The notes: generated from the letters alone by a model not told the origin. Positions 18,212 through 28,074 are shown, counted from the stretch's first letter. The stretch is 64,000 nucleotides of DNA from Paracoccaceae bacterium (GCA_016938875.1 JAFGTV010000038.1:93770-157769), one strand, 5' to 3'. A program made the numbers and translations.

Positions 18212-20062
18212 ATGATCACAGACAGTTTCCAAAAGGGGGCGCGCTTGACGCGGCCCACGCGCCTCGCAGCCGCAGCGCTTGCGATTGCCGCCGTTTCCTC
18301 GGCCAGTGCCTTTGTGCTGGCCCCCGTCCTGTTCGGCGTCGCCAAGGGGCACGGCCCCGAGGTGCAGCAAGCGCTGGGCCCCGAGGCGCAGCCTGTCGCG
18401 GGCGATGTCCTGTTGGCCGATGCCGCGCCGCAGGGGGCATACGCCATCGCCGCCGTGCGCCGTGACGTGCCCGTCACCCTGGCCAAACTGCCAGTGCCTG
18501 GGATCACCGCCGATCTGGATGCCGTTCTGGCCCAGCACGCCCGGGCCGCCGGCCAGCGGCTCAGCACGCGTTTCCCTGCCACCGCCGCGGGGACCGAGAT
18601 GCCCAGTGGCCTGCGGGTCTTTGCCGGTGCGCCCGTGCCGGTCCCGCCCTATCGCCCGACCCGGGATGTCACCGCGTCCAGTGCCGATTTTGCCTTGCTG
18701 CGCCCCGCGCCGCGTCCGCAGAGTGTTGCCGCGCCCGATGCGGGGGCCGCCCCCGGCGCCCCCCTGCGTCCGCTGCCGCGCCCGACCGCCGATGCAGCCC
18801 CCGCCACCGCGCCGATGCTGGCCAATGTCGGGGCCGCATCGAAGATGCGCCCGCTGCCGCGCCCCGCTGCCGATGCGGGCCCCGCGCTTGCCGTGGCGGC
18901 GGTCGATGCGCCTGTGGCCCCCACGTTGCGCCCGCGCGCCCGTCCCGGCACCGTGGCCCTGGCCCGGCTGGATGCGGAACGCGCCCGTCCGGTTGCGCGC
19001 CCCGCAACCCTTGCCGCCCGGGCCAGCCTGATGCCGCAGACCCCCGCCTCCCAAGACCCGCAGGCCGAGGTCGTGCTGGCCGCCGCCACCATCGCACCGT
19101 CCACGCCGACCCGTCCCGAGGGTCTGGCCGCGTCGCCGCGTCCCGAACTGCGCCCCGCGGCCCTGCTGCGCCGGATCGCGCCGACGCCCGACCCCGCCCC
19201 GCAAGCGGTCGCCCCCGAGGGCCCGCGCGTTGCCGCGGCCCCCGCGCCCCGGACGCGCGTTGCCACGAATGCCACCGGCTGCTCGCCCAAGCTGACGCGC
19301 GGTATGCCGAACCGCCCGCGCGGGGCGGCCACCGGCAGTGTGCTGGCGTCCCGGATGGGCACCCTGCAGGGCGCCTCGCGGGATGATCTGATCACGCGCG
19401 AATTGCTGGCCGGCAACCTGCCCGATTTCCTGCGTGAATTGACCCCTGTGACGGTGTCGGGGACGTTGGCCAACGGTCAGCGCGCCGATGTGACGGTTTG
19501 CGTGACGCCCGATTACCTGGCGCTGGGCAGCGACAAGGATTTCATCCGTGTGCCCATGGGCCTGCCCGCGGCGGCCCAGATCGCGGATCGGTTCGGGTTC
19601 CTGCTGCCGACGACGCGGATGGTCGATGCGATCTATGCCCAGGCCGGTCTGCGCTTGGCGCCGCGTCCGATGAACCCCGGCGCGCAGATGAGCTCGACCA
19701 GCTATTTCCTGCAACATAACCGCACGGTCGAGGGGCAAACCCACGGTCGCGAGGGGATGCTGACCGCCGGTCAGAAAAAGGATCTGGTGCTGACCAATCG
19801 GCTGCGGCGCAATCCTGGCCGGGTGGCGATCTATGGCTGGCATCGGCCCAATGGCCAGCCGATCCAGCCGCTCAGCACGGTGCATGGGGCGTTCTATTCC
19901 GATTACAGCCACGGGGTCCGGCTGGTCAGCCAGACGGCCTTTGTGAATGGTCGCGCGGTGGCGTTGGCCGATCTGCTGGCCGATCCGGCCTATGCCTCGA
20001 TCCTGACCGGCGAGGGGCCGATCCCGGCGCCCGAGCGGTTGATGGCCTCGCTCTATCGCTGA
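18212..20062 (+). CDS. membrane-anchored Pro/Ala-rich protein with conserved C-terminal domain of unknown function
   Basis: 616 aa from ATG 18212 (AAGGGA RBS). It has one N-terminal TM helix. A ~330-aa low-complexity region follows, with repeated xRPLPRPxADAxPA units. The ~270-aa globular C-terminus was not recognised. Confidence 0.6.
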   Translation: MITDSFQKGARLTRPTRLAAAALAIAAVSSASAFVLAPVLFGVAKGHGPEVQQALGPEAQPVAGDVLLADAAPQGAYAIAAVRRDVPVTLAKLPVPGITADLDAVLAQHARAAGQRLSTRFPATAAGTEMPSGLRVFAGAPVPVPPYRPTRDVTASSADFALLRPAPRPQSVAAPDAGAAPGAPLRPLPRPTADAAPATAPMLANVGAASKMRPLPRPAADAGPALAVAAVDAPVAPTLRPRARPGTVALARLDAERARPVARPATLAARASLMPQTPASQDPQAEVVLAAATIAPSTPTRPEGLAASPRPELRPAALLRRIAPTPDPAPQAVAPEGPRVAAAPAPRTRVATNATGCSPKLTRGMPNRPRGAATGSVLASRMGTLQGASRDDLITRELLAGNLPDFLRELTPVTVSGTLANGQRADVTVCVTPDYLALGSDKDFIRVPMGLPAAAQIADRFGFLLPTTRMVDAIYAQAGLRLAPRPMNPGAQMSSTSYFLQHNRTVEGQTHGREGMLTAGQKKDLVLTNRLRRNPGRVAIYGWHRPNGQPIQPLSTVHGAFYSDYSHGVRLVSQTAFVNGRAVALADLLADPAYASILTGEGPIPAPERLMASLYR

Positions 20063-20094
20063 CAGACCACGTCAGGCGTCGCGCACGAAATTCG

Positions 20095-20120
20095 CCCAGG
20101 GGTTTGCAAAAACCCTTGGG
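20095..20120. terminator. candidate bidirectional terminator hairpin between convergent genes
   Basis: CCCAGGGGTTT-GCAA-AAACCCTTGGG: an 11-bp stem (one G-T pair) with a GCAA tetraloop. No clear U tract on either side. Confidence 0.35.
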
Positions 20121-20130
20121 CGTTCGTGCC

Positions 20131-21147
20131 TTAGTCGACGGTCTTACAGCACCGAAAGCCGAGGTGGTAATTTTCGTGGCTGGCTGAACTCATCACGGGG
20201 GCGCCGTGCCAATAGGGTGCGCGCCAGCGGCACCAATCGGGATGCGCCTGGTATTTGTCCCAGATGAACCATGACCCTTTCATCTCGGTGACGCCCAGGG
20301 TGGTGCTGCCGCGGCTGGCCATCTGGTCGGGCGAGAGCGGCAGGTTCATATGCTCGGCCGCATTGCCGTTCAGGTCATAGACCTTGAGCGGGCTGGTGCA
20401 GCCGGTGAACGCCCCCGTCGGATAGGTGTTCGACCCGCAGCCACGAAAACCGCCGCCATTGCAGCCGGGGCTTTTGACGCTGTCCGAGGCACAGATCCCG
20501 CGCCGGAAGGCGGGGCCATAGCTCCAGCTTTTGGTGGGGGCATATTTGGCGTTATGGGCCGCGCGCATCCGGTTCACCGCAGCCGAGGCCGAGACCCCGC
20601 GCGCCAGGTCAAAGCGGTAATCGGGCGGCTCCAGCGCGCCGGCACAGGCGCCTTCCCATTCGTGGGCGTCGCATAGGCGTTTACCCTCGGCGGCGCAGAT
20701 CTCGGCGGCTTCCTTGGCCTTGACCCAGACCACGGGATAGCTGCACGGGATGTTGGGATATTCGAACTGGTCGATACAGGCGGTGGCATCCTCGGGGCGT
20801 TGGCTGCGCGGATCATAAAGCGGCGCCATGTATTTCGCGCCGCAGATCCGCTCGAACCGCTTGTCGGCGTAATAGCTGGCCGCGTTGCCGCCGGCGCGCG
20901 CATTGCATTCGGCGCGGGTCATCGCGTGGCGCGTGATCGCGGGATTGCCTTGGCTGATATAGCCCGAGCGGGCAAAGATCATCTGGATGCGTTCCAACTG
21001 CGCCCCGCTCAGCCCGCGGACCTGGCGCAATTCCTGAAACAGCTGGGCGTTGTTCTCGGCCAGGCTTTGGGCCGGGGCGGGCCGGGGGGCAAGTCCGGCC
21101 AGCGGCAAAAGGCAGGCGGCGGCCAGCAGGCGCAGCGCATGTTTCAT
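20131..21147 (-). CDS. secreted FGE-sulfatase (SUMF1/PvdO-like) domain protein
   Basis: 338 aa with a signal peptide (LLAAACLLPLAGLAPRPAPAQS). C-terminal hallmarks YDLNGNAAEHM ... KGSWF ... HLGFRCC of the formylglycine-generating-enzyme fold. Cys-rich. Confidence 0.75.
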   Translation of the reverse strand: MKHALRLLAAACLLPLAGLAPRPAPAQSLAENNAQLFQELRQVRGLSGAQLERIQMIFARSGYISQGNPAITRHAMTRAECNARAGGNAASYYADKRFERICGAKYMAPLYDPRSQRPEDATACIDQFEYPNIPCSYPVVWVKAKEAAEICAAEGKRLCDAHEWEGACAGALEPPDYRFDLARGVSASAAVNRMRAAHNAKYAPTKSWSYGPAFRRGICASDSVKSPGCNGGGFRGCGSNTYPTGAFTGCTSPLKVYDLNGNAAEHMNLPLSPDQMASRGSTTLGVTEMKGSWFIWDKYQAHPDWCRWRAPYWHGAPVMSSASHENYHLGFRCCKTVD

Positions 21148-22934
21148 TTCCCGGTCTCCTTTCGCAGCAGGTAAAAGAAATCGCGGTTGTCCGAAAACCC
21201 GATAAAGCGGGGAATGCGGGTGCCGTCGCGTTCGCGCGCGTCGATCCTGCTCATCCCCGCGACCAGGTGGCGGGTGTCGATGCCGCCGGCCGGATCGGGG
21301 GTGTAAAGCGCCATGTAGGTGTGCTCCAGCGCGTTCATGTCCAGCAGCATCGCGTAGTCGCAGCCATAGGCCTGAAACGTGCGCGCCATGGCCGAGGGCG
21401 TGGCGGTCGAGAACCAGCCGTAGATCAGGAAGGGGCTGGCGTTGACCTGTTTCATGCAGGCGCCCGCGCGCAGGGTGCGCAGCTCTGCCTCGGCCGACCC
21501 GGACCAGTTGCCGGGGCCCCAGTTGCGCACCAGCGGGCCGGGCAGGCCGACGCCGGTTTCGGGGTCGCGCTCGATGATGGCGACGCCGTTCTGGCGGGCA
21601 AAGCGGATGCGCGGCAACAGGGCGTTGTCGGCCTCGGTCCAGGTCTTCATCGCGGTGGTGCCGTCGTTGAGCACGTAGAGCGTCGAGAGACCGGGCTGAA
21701 GTTTGCTCAGCACCGCGCCATGGACGATGAACCCGTAATGGTGACCGTTGTTGAAGGTGGCCATGGGGCCGTAGCGGAACGCGCCGTGGTCGCGCTTGAA
21801 CCCGCCGGTAAAGGTGGCCGCGACAGAGCGCGCCTTGGCGGGATTGACCATGCCCAGCGGCGCCAGCGGGTCGGCAGAGGCGACGCCATCGGGGCCGGGG
21901 ATCTGCCAGTTGCGCCCGGCGCCCGAGGGGCGCGAGGACCAGTCGAGCCGGGGATGCTCGGTTCCGGTTTCATAGCCGATGTCAAAGCGCGACAGATCGA
22001 ACCCGACCAGATAGACATCGGCGCGCCCCTCGATCCCGTCCAGCCAATTCGTCTCGCCCTTGCGGTTGAGGATGTCGGGGTCGATCATCCGCGGCTGCAT
22101 CGCGCTGGCATAGATCCCCGGCGCGCCCTTCACGGCGTACCAGCTGCCCATCTCCATCCGGTCGGGGGTGGCGCCGACCAGATCGAAGGTCATCGTGGTA
22201 TACATCACCGGATGATCGCTGAGCTGTGCGCGGCCCAGGGTGCGGGCGACCTCGCCGGGATCGGCGCCCTCGATCAGCGCGCCGCTTTCGAGGTATTTGT
22301 CCTTGTACAGCGTATCCTTGACCAGCCCCACCAGGGATTCCCCGAACCACACGTTGTCGCGCAGGAACTCTGCCGTGCGTTCCAGGTTGGTGCGCGAGCC
22401 CGCGACGCGGTTGCGCAGATAGATCTGCCCGGTGCACAGCGGCACAAAGGGCATGCCCGCGGCCCGGCCCTGCGCCAGTTCGGGGGTCTCTTCGGCCCAG
22501 GGGCGGCAGGTCTGGGTCACATTGTCCCGGGTCAGCATCAGCGCGGGCGTGGGGCCCAGGCTGAGCGCGACCTGGCGGGTCAGCGGGTCGGGGTTTTCCA
22601 GATGATAGCTGGCGGTCCGGCCGCCGGGCGGGGTGACCTCCAGCACGAACCAGTCGTTGCTGGAGGGCTTGAGCGAGATCAGCCGCAGCCGGGTGCCATC
22701 GGGTGCGGTGGCGGTTTGCTCGGCACGATAGATCTGCAATTCGATCACCGATTTCGCGCGCTCGGCGTGGTAATCGGCGTTCTGTGCGGCCAGTTGCACG
22801 GCACTGGGCCGGGGAATGGATTGCGCCTGTGCCGGCGCGGCCAAAAGGGCCAGCGCAGCGACACAAAGCAGGGCCCGGCGCGAAGCGCGTCGAGGTGAGG
22901 GGAAATTTCTCACGGATTTACCTTCAGAAAACAT
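21144..22934 (-). CDS. secreted hypothetical protein (C-terminus possibly phosphodiester-glycosidase/NAGPA-like)
   Basis: 596 aa with a signal peptide (LLCVAALALLAAPAQAQ). ATGA overlap with the downstream FGE-like gene. The C-terminal pattern FTGGF...ARQNGVAII...AMLLDMNALEH is only loosely NAGPA-like. Confidence 0.6.
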   Translation of the reverse strand: MFSEGKSVRNFPSPRRASRRALLCVAALALLAAPAQAQSIPRPSAVQLAAQNADYHAERAKSVIELQIYRAEQTATAPDGTRLRLISLKPSSNDWFVLEVTPPGGRTASYHLENPDPLTRQVALSLGPTPALMLTRDNVTQTCRPWAEETPELAQGRAAGMPFVPLCTGQIYLRNRVAGSRTNLERTAEFLRDNVWFGESLVGLVKDTLYKDKYLESGALIEGADPGEVARTLGRAQLSDHPVMYTTMTFDLVGATPDRMEMGSWYAVKGAPGIYASAMQPRMIDPDILNRKGETNWLDGIEGRADVYLVGFDLSRFDIGYETGTEHPRLDWSSRPSGAGRNWQIPGPDGVASADPLAPLGMVNPAKARSVAATFTGGFKRDHGAFRYGPMATFNNGHHYGFIVHGAVLSKLQPGLSTLYVLNDGTTAMKTWTEADNALLPRIRFARQNGVAIIERDPETGVGLPGPLVRNWGPGNWSGSAEAELRTLRAGACMKQVNASPFLIYGWFSTATPSAMARTFQAYGCDYAMLLDMNALEHTYMALYTPDPAGGIDTRHLVAGMSRIDARERDGTRIPRFIGFSDNRDFFYLLRKETGK

Positions 22935-23074
22935 TTACGATCAAACGGTTGCCCGGAAAATGGGCGGCAGCAGGCAAGAGTCGGCCGGACACTCGGGTAC
23001 GAGCCTAGCCGCCGGTCAAGCGCGGCTGCAAGCCCCTTTAACCTTTCAAATCGTGTGTTTCGGGCAGAAATCAA

Positions 23075-23088
23075 GCCGCAGAGGCGGC
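23075..23088 (-). terminator. weak intrinsic-terminator-like hairpin after epimerase gene
   Basis: Minus-strand RNA reads GCCGC-CUCU-GCGGC followed by UUGAUUUCU. The stem is only 5 bp. Confidence 0.25.
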
Positions 23089-23091
23089 GCG

Positions 23092-24102
23092 CTATTTCCC
23101 GTAATAGTCGCGAAACCAGGCCACGAAGGCGGCCACGCCCTGGCGGAAATCGGTTTGTGGCCGATACCCGGTCAACTGCTGCAACAGCGTTGCATCGGCC
23201 CAGGTCGCGGGCACATCGCCGGGCTGCATGTCCATCAGGTTGCGGATCGCGGGACGGCCGATCTCGGCCTCGATCGCGTCGATGAAATCCAGCAGCCGCA
23301 CCTTGTCGGAATTGCCGATATTGACCACCCGGAACGGGGCCACCGGCGACAGGCTGTCGCCCTCGGGGACCAAGCCGTCGGCGGGGCGCTGGGGGGCGGC
23401 GTCGATCAACAGGCGGATGCCGCGCACCAGGTCGCTGACATAGGTAAAGTCGCGGTACATGTCGCCGTGGTTGTAGATGTCGATGGGGCGGCCATCGAGG
23501 ATCGCATCGGTGAATTTAAAAAGCGCCATGTCGGGCCGCCCCCACGGCCCGTAGACCGTGAAAAAGCGGAACATCGTGGTCGGCAGGTCGTAAAGATGGG
23601 CGTAGGAATGGCCCATCGCCTCGTTCGCCTTCTTGGTGGCGGCATAGATGGTCAGCGGGGTGTCGGCCTTGTCGGTCTCGGCAAAGGGCATGTCGGTATT
23701 TGCCCCGTAAACCGACGAGGTCGAGGCCATCAGCAGGTGGCGGACCGCGTGGCGGCGGGCGGCCTCCATCACGTTGAAGGTGCCGAGGATATTGGCCTCG
23801 ATATAGGCGCGGGGGTTCTCCAGCGAATAGCGCACCCCGGCCTGGGCGGCCAGGTGCACGATCACGTCGGGCTCGAACGTGTCGATCGCGCCGCTCAGGG
23901 CGTCGTCATCCTCCAGCATTCCCACGGTCGCGGCAAAGTCGGGATGTTGCAGCAGCATCGCGTGGCGGCGGTGTTTCAGCGCGACATCGTAGTAATCGGT
24001 CAGCCCGTCATAGCCATGGACGCTAAACCCCTCGGACAACAGCAGATCGGCCAGGTGGTAGCCGATGAACCCGGCACTGCCGGTGATGAAGACGCGGGTC
24101 AT
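23092..24102 (-). CDS. NAD-dependent epimerase, UDP-glucuronate 4-epimerase-like
   Basis: 336 aa from ATG 24102. Motifs ITGSAGFIGYHL (Rossmann), YAATKKANE (YxxxK) and FRFFTVYGPWGRPDMA, typical of the Cap1J/LpsL-type epimerases. Confidence 0.85.
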   Translation of the reverse strand: MTRVFITGSAGFIGYHLADLLLSEGFSVHGYDGLTDYYDVALKHRRHAMLLQHPDFAATVGMLEDDDALSGAIDTFEPDVIVHLAAQAGVRYSLENPRAYIEANILGTFNVMEAARRHAVRHLLMASTSSVYGANTDMPFAETDKADTPLTIYAATKKANEAMGHSYAHLYDLPTTMFRFFTVYGPWGRPDMALFKFTDAILDGRPIDIYNHGDMYRDFTYVSDLVRGIRLLIDAAPQRPADGLVPEGDSLSPVAPFRVVNIGNSDKVRLLDFIDAIEAEIGRPAIRNLMDMQPGDVPATWADATLLQQLTGYRPQTDFRQGVAAFVAWFRDYYGK

Positions 24103-24127
24103 GTCGGGCCTTTCGCGGACGGTGGGG

Positions 24128-26323
24128 CTAGTCGTATTTGTACTGATAGCCGCCATATTGATAGCCGTGCCGCGCCCCATACCGGCTGCGCGACTGGTCG
24201 AGTTGGTTCAACACCACTCCTGACAGGCGCACGCCCGAATGTTCAAGCATCTTTTGCGCCGACAAGATCTCGGCCTGGGTGGTGACAAGGTGGCTGACCA
24301 CCAGCAGTGACATCGCGGTGTGCTGACCGATGATGCCCGGATCGGTGACCGCCAGCGCGGGCGGGGCATCGACGATCACCAGGTCATAGGCGGCGCTGGC
24401 CTCGGCGATCAGCGCGCGAAAGGCGGGGGCGGACAACAGTTCCGCCGGGTTGGGGGGAAACGCGCCGGTGGCGATGAAATCAATCCCCGTGTCCTGATCG
24501 TGCCGCACGACATCCTCCAGCCGGGCCTTGCCGGACAGCAGGTCCGACAGGCCGGGGGTGGATTTGGCCAGGCCGAAATGGCGGCGCAACTCGCCCCGGC
24601 GCATGTCGGCGTCGATCAGCAAGACCCGGCTTTCGGACTGGCCACAGACCATCGCCAGGTTCAAGGAGATGAAGGATTTGCCATCCCCGGGCGCGCAAGA
24701 GGTGATCATGAGGCTGTTGGATCCCGCCGCCGACAACGAGAACTGCAACCCCGTGCGCAGCCCGCGCAGGGATTCCACCGCCACGCTGCGCGGATCGCTC
24801 TGCGCCAGGGCGTAAAGCGGATCGCCCGCCCGTGCCGCGCGCAGGCCGCGCACCTTGGACAGCGTGGCGAACAGCGACAGGCCCAGGGCCTCGATCGCGC
24901 GGGCATCTTCGATCCCGCGGCGCATCGCGTTGCCGATCAGCACGACCAGCGTCGCCCCGACCAGCCCCAGCAGCGCCCCCAGCAACAGTGGCAGCGCGCG
25001 GTTCGGCCCCACCAGCGTGGCCGTTTCGGCGGCTTCCAGCACGCGGATGTTGCCCACGGTGCTGGCGCGCAGGATGCGCAACTGCTCGGCGCGGTTGACC
25101 AGTTGCAGTTCCAACTGGCGGGCACGTTCCACGGCCTCGGTCAGGCGTGCCAGTTCCTGCTCGGCCTCGGGCACCTCGCCCAGGTCGGTGCGCAGGGTGG
25201 CCAGCCGCTCTGCCAGGCGATCGCGCTCGGCCAGCAGGGCGCGAAAATCGGGATGGTTCGGGGTCAGCCGCTGGGCCAGTTGGTCCTTCTTGAAATCCAG
25301 CTCTTCGATCTGGGTTTCGACCTCGACCACCCGGTCCAGCAATTGCTGGGTGCCCAAGCTCAGCTCATTGGCTTGCTGGTCCTTTCGATAGCTGGCCAGC
25401 GCCTCGGTGGCGGCGTCCATGTTCTGGCGCACCTCGGGCAATTGACCCTCGATGAACGCGACGCTCTGGTCTATCTCGGCCGAGCGGCGGGCCAGGTTCT
25501 GCGCCTGGTAAGAGGCGACGACCGCGTTGACCACGTCGCGGCTGCGCTTGGGATCGCCGCTGGCATAGGTGAAATCGACCACCCCGCTCTTGCCGCGTTC
25601 GCGCACGACGAGACCCGTGCGCAATTGTTCGACCGCGCTGTAGCTCTCGGTTCGCAGCAGGGTGAATACCCGGCCCGGCGCCGCCGTGAACGCGGTCACA
25701 TTGACGCGCAGCCCCGGTTCGGGTGACAGGGTTTCACCCAGCTGGCCCACGGCCACAGTCCCGTCGGGCAGGGCCAGTTGATAGCGCCGGGCGTCCAGAA
25801 CGGTCAGGGTCAGGGACATGTCCATCAGCGCGGGTGGCACATCCAGCAGACCCAGATCCAGCGTTTCACCAGCGCGGGCGTATCGGGCCGGCACCAGCGC
25901 CTGGCCCAGCGCAAGATCGCGCCGCACCATCAAGGCCCCGACGACAGGGGCCAGCGCGGGCTGGACGATGCGGTCCAGTTCCAGCTCTTGGACCACGGGA
26001 TCCAGGATCAGCCGGGACCGGATGACATGCACCTCGGTGTCGAGCGAGGAATAGGCCTCTGTGCTGCCGGCCAGCAGATCGCCGATCACCTCGGTGGGCA
26101 GCGACACCCCGCTGGAGCGTTTTTCGATCTGCACGACCGAGGCGCCCTCGAATTGGTCGGGGGGCAACTGGCCGACCACCGCACCCAGCGCCGCGCCCGC
26201 CAGTGCCGCGCCCAGTACCAGCCACTTGCGCGCAAAGACCTGGGCAAAGACCTCCAGCAGATTGATCTCGGCGCCGTCGGCGTCGGACGACAGCGGCCCG
26301 GTCGGGGGGGCGGGGGGGATCAT
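24128..26323 (-). CDS. wzc: polysaccharide co-polymerase / tyrosine autokinase
   Basis: 731 aa. Wzz-like periplasmic and coiled-coil region, Walker A CAPGDGKS, and a C-terminal Tyr cluster YGARHGYQYGGYQYKYD. Its start overlaps the wzb stop (TGATG). Confidence 0.9.
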   Translation of the reverse strand: MIPPAPPTGPLSSDADGAEINLLEVFAQVFARKWLVLGAALAGAALGAVVGQLPPDQFEGASVVQIEKRSSGVSLPTEVIGDLLAGSTEAYSSLDTEVHVIRSRLILDPVVQELELDRIVQPALAPVVGALMVRRDLALGQALVPARYARAGETLDLGLLDVPPALMDMSLTLTVLDARRYQLALPDGTVAVGQLGETLSPEPGLRVNVTAFTAAPGRVFTLLRTESYSAVEQLRTGLVVRERGKSGVVDFTYASGDPKRSRDVVNAVVASYQAQNLARRSAEIDQSVAFIEGQLPEVRQNMDAATEALASYRKDQQANELSLGTQQLLDRVVEVETQIEELDFKKDQLAQRLTPNHPDFRALLAERDRLAERLATLRTDLGEVPEAEQELARLTEAVERARQLELQLVNRAEQLRILRASTVGNIRVLEAAETATLVGPNRALPLLLGALLGLVGATLVVLIGNAMRRGIEDARAIEALGLSLFATLSKVRGLRAARAGDPLYALAQSDPRSVAVESLRGLRTGLQFSLSAAGSNSLMITSCAPGDGKSFISLNLAMVCGQSESRVLLIDADMRRGELRRHFGLAKSTPGLSDLLSGKARLEDVVRHDQDTGIDFIATGAFPPNPAELLSAPAFRALIAEASAAYDLVIVDAPPALAVTDPGIIGQHTAMSLLVVSHLVTTQAEILSAQKMLEHSGVRLSGVVLNQLDQSRSRYGARHGYQYGGYQYKYD

Positions 26324-26757
26324 CACAGGCGCTCCAGCTTTTGCGCCCAGAGGGCGGCGCTTTGCACGACCATCTCGGCCGCCCGCAGATGCAGCGCGGC
26401 CCCGCGGCGATAGGGGTCGGGGATTTCCTTGGCCGCCTCGAACTGGCCCAGCAGAAAGGTCTTGCCGGTGAAATGTGGCCAAAGGTGCATGATTTCATCG
26501 CGGTGGTGGGTTTGCATGACCAGGATCAGGTCTGCCTCGCGGGCGATCTCTTCGGTCAACTGGCGGGCGCTGTGGGCAGAAAGCGGCAGGCCCAGGGTGG
26601 CGGCGGCGGCCGCGCTGTCGGGGTCGATCCCGTGGCCCACCAGCGCGTGCAGTCCCGCCGAGGACACCGTGCGCCCCGGACAGGCCCGGCGCAGCGCGGC
26701 CTCGGCCAGGGGCGACCGGCAGATGTTCCCCGTGCACACGGTCAAAAGCCTGTTCAT
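26323..26757 (-). CDS. wzb: low-molecular-weight protein-tyrosine phosphatase
   Basis: 144 aa with active-site motif VCTGNICRSP. Confidence 0.9.
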   Translation of the reverse strand: MNRLLTVCTGNICRSPLAEAALRRACPGRTVSSAGLHALVGHGIDPDSAAAAATLGLPLSAHSARQLTEEIAREADLILVMQTHHRDEIMHLWPHFTGKTFLLGQFEAAKEIPDPYRRGAALHLRAAEMVVQSAALWAQKLERL

Positions 26758-26758
26758 C

Positions 26759-27877
26759 CTAGTCCTTGAGCTCGTCCGCCACCGCATCCACCCGCGCCAC
26801 GCCCGACAGCGGCGAGATCACCTTGCCCACCGTGTCGTTCCACCGCGTCACCGGATCGTTGGTGACAAAGACGATATCCAGTGGCGCCATCGCGAAATCG
26901 GCGGTCAGCATCAAGGCCGTGGCATCGCGCAGGTCGAACTGGAACACGTCGAACCCCTCGGGGCTGGTGCCGGTCCGGCGGAACACGAAAATGCCACGGG
27001 CATCGGCGCGCACCCGGTCGATACCGCCCTTGGCCGCCAGCACCTCGGTCAGGGATTTACGCTCGGGGCCGAGGGGAATTTCGCCGGTGCCGATCTCGCC
27101 AAAGGTGAAAATCTTGTTGTCGGCCAGAGGCGGGACAAAGACCAGGTCGCCGGGCATCATGATCGGGTTGTTGCCCAGCCGCCCCTCTTCGATAAAGGCG
27201 CGCAGATTTGCGCTGTGCCGGACGCCGCGTCGCCGGATCACCACGTTGCGAAGGTCCGATTCCGGGGTGGTGCCGGCGGCGTTGACCAGATCCAACAGGC
27301 GCAGCGGCACATTGGTCAGCACCGTCGGGCCGGGGGTGCCGACCGCGCCGGTGATCGTCGCCTGGTGGGCGTGGAACGCCGCGACCGCGACCTCGACCTG
27401 GGGATCGGCGATATAGGCGCGCAGTTTTTGCGACAGCTCGTCGCGGATCTGCGAAACCGTGCGTCCAGAGGCGTGGATATCGCCCACGAACGGATAAAAG
27501 AACACCCCGTTCCCATCGACAACAGGCCCCTCGGCCAGCGTTATGTCATTGGTATCGGTGGTGCGTTCGGGGGTTGTCCAGGTTTGCACGCGCAGCTGAT
27601 CGCCGGGGCCCACGCGATAGCTGTATACCGCCGGGTCCGCCGGGGGATTGGGCGCGGCCAGACCGTTGGGATCGGTCCAGCGCGCCTGGCGGTATTGGTG
27701 GATATTGTCGCTGGTGACGGCAATGATGTTGATATTGCGGTCGATCAACTCTTGCTGGCCGGACTGGGTCACCGGCATGCGCATCTGCCCCGCACAGCCC
27801 GGCAGAACGGCCAGCCCCAGCCCCGCGCAAATCGTCACCAGGCGGACGCCCGGACGTCGATTTCGTGTTCCGCTCAC
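26759..27877 (-). CDS. wza: outer-membrane polysaccharide export lipoprotein
   Basis: 372 aa. Lipobox LAVLPGC, Poly_export motif YRVGPGDQLRV and SLBB-like repeats. GTG start. Confidence 0.85.
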   Translation of the reverse strand: MSGTRNRRPGVRLVTICAGLGLAVLPGCAGQMRMPVTQSGQQELIDRNINIIAVTSDNIHQYRQARWTDPNGLAAPNPPADPAVYSYRVGPGDQLRVQTWTTPERTTDTNDITLAEGPVVDGNGVFFYPFVGDIHASGRTVSQIRDELSQKLRAYIADPQVEVAVAAFHAHQATITGAVGTPGPTVLTNVPLRLLDLVNAAGTTPESDLRNVVIRRRGVRHSANLRAFIEEGRLGNNPIMMPGDLVFVPPLADNKIFTFGEIGTGEIPLGPERKSLTEVLAAKGGIDRVRADARGIFVFRRTGTSPEGFDVFQFDLRDATALMLTADFAMAPLDIVFVTNDPVTRWNDTVGKVISPLSGVARVDAVADELKD

Positions 27878-28074
27878 AGCCTCAAACCACCCCAGCCTTT
27901 GATCCAGACGCGGCGACTGGGCCCGTTGCTGCCCCGAACGTTGCGGGCGTGGTCCAATCCTGCTTCTTGCGATCCGTCATACAGAGGCGCTGGCGGCGGT
28001 GCAATCACTGGTTGTCTGGATGTCGGCCGAGTGGGGCTTAAAGGCGACACCCCGCCGACGGCCATGGCGCGGCG

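Noticed and set aside
16837-19912. Minus-strand ORFs 16837..18582 (581 aa) and 18206..19912 (568 aa)
   Set aside because: They are antisense to the PiT transporter (GANDVAN motifs) and to the Pro/Ala-rich protein. Their translations are dominated by Arg/Gly/His/Pro repeats that mirror the GC-rich sense strand.
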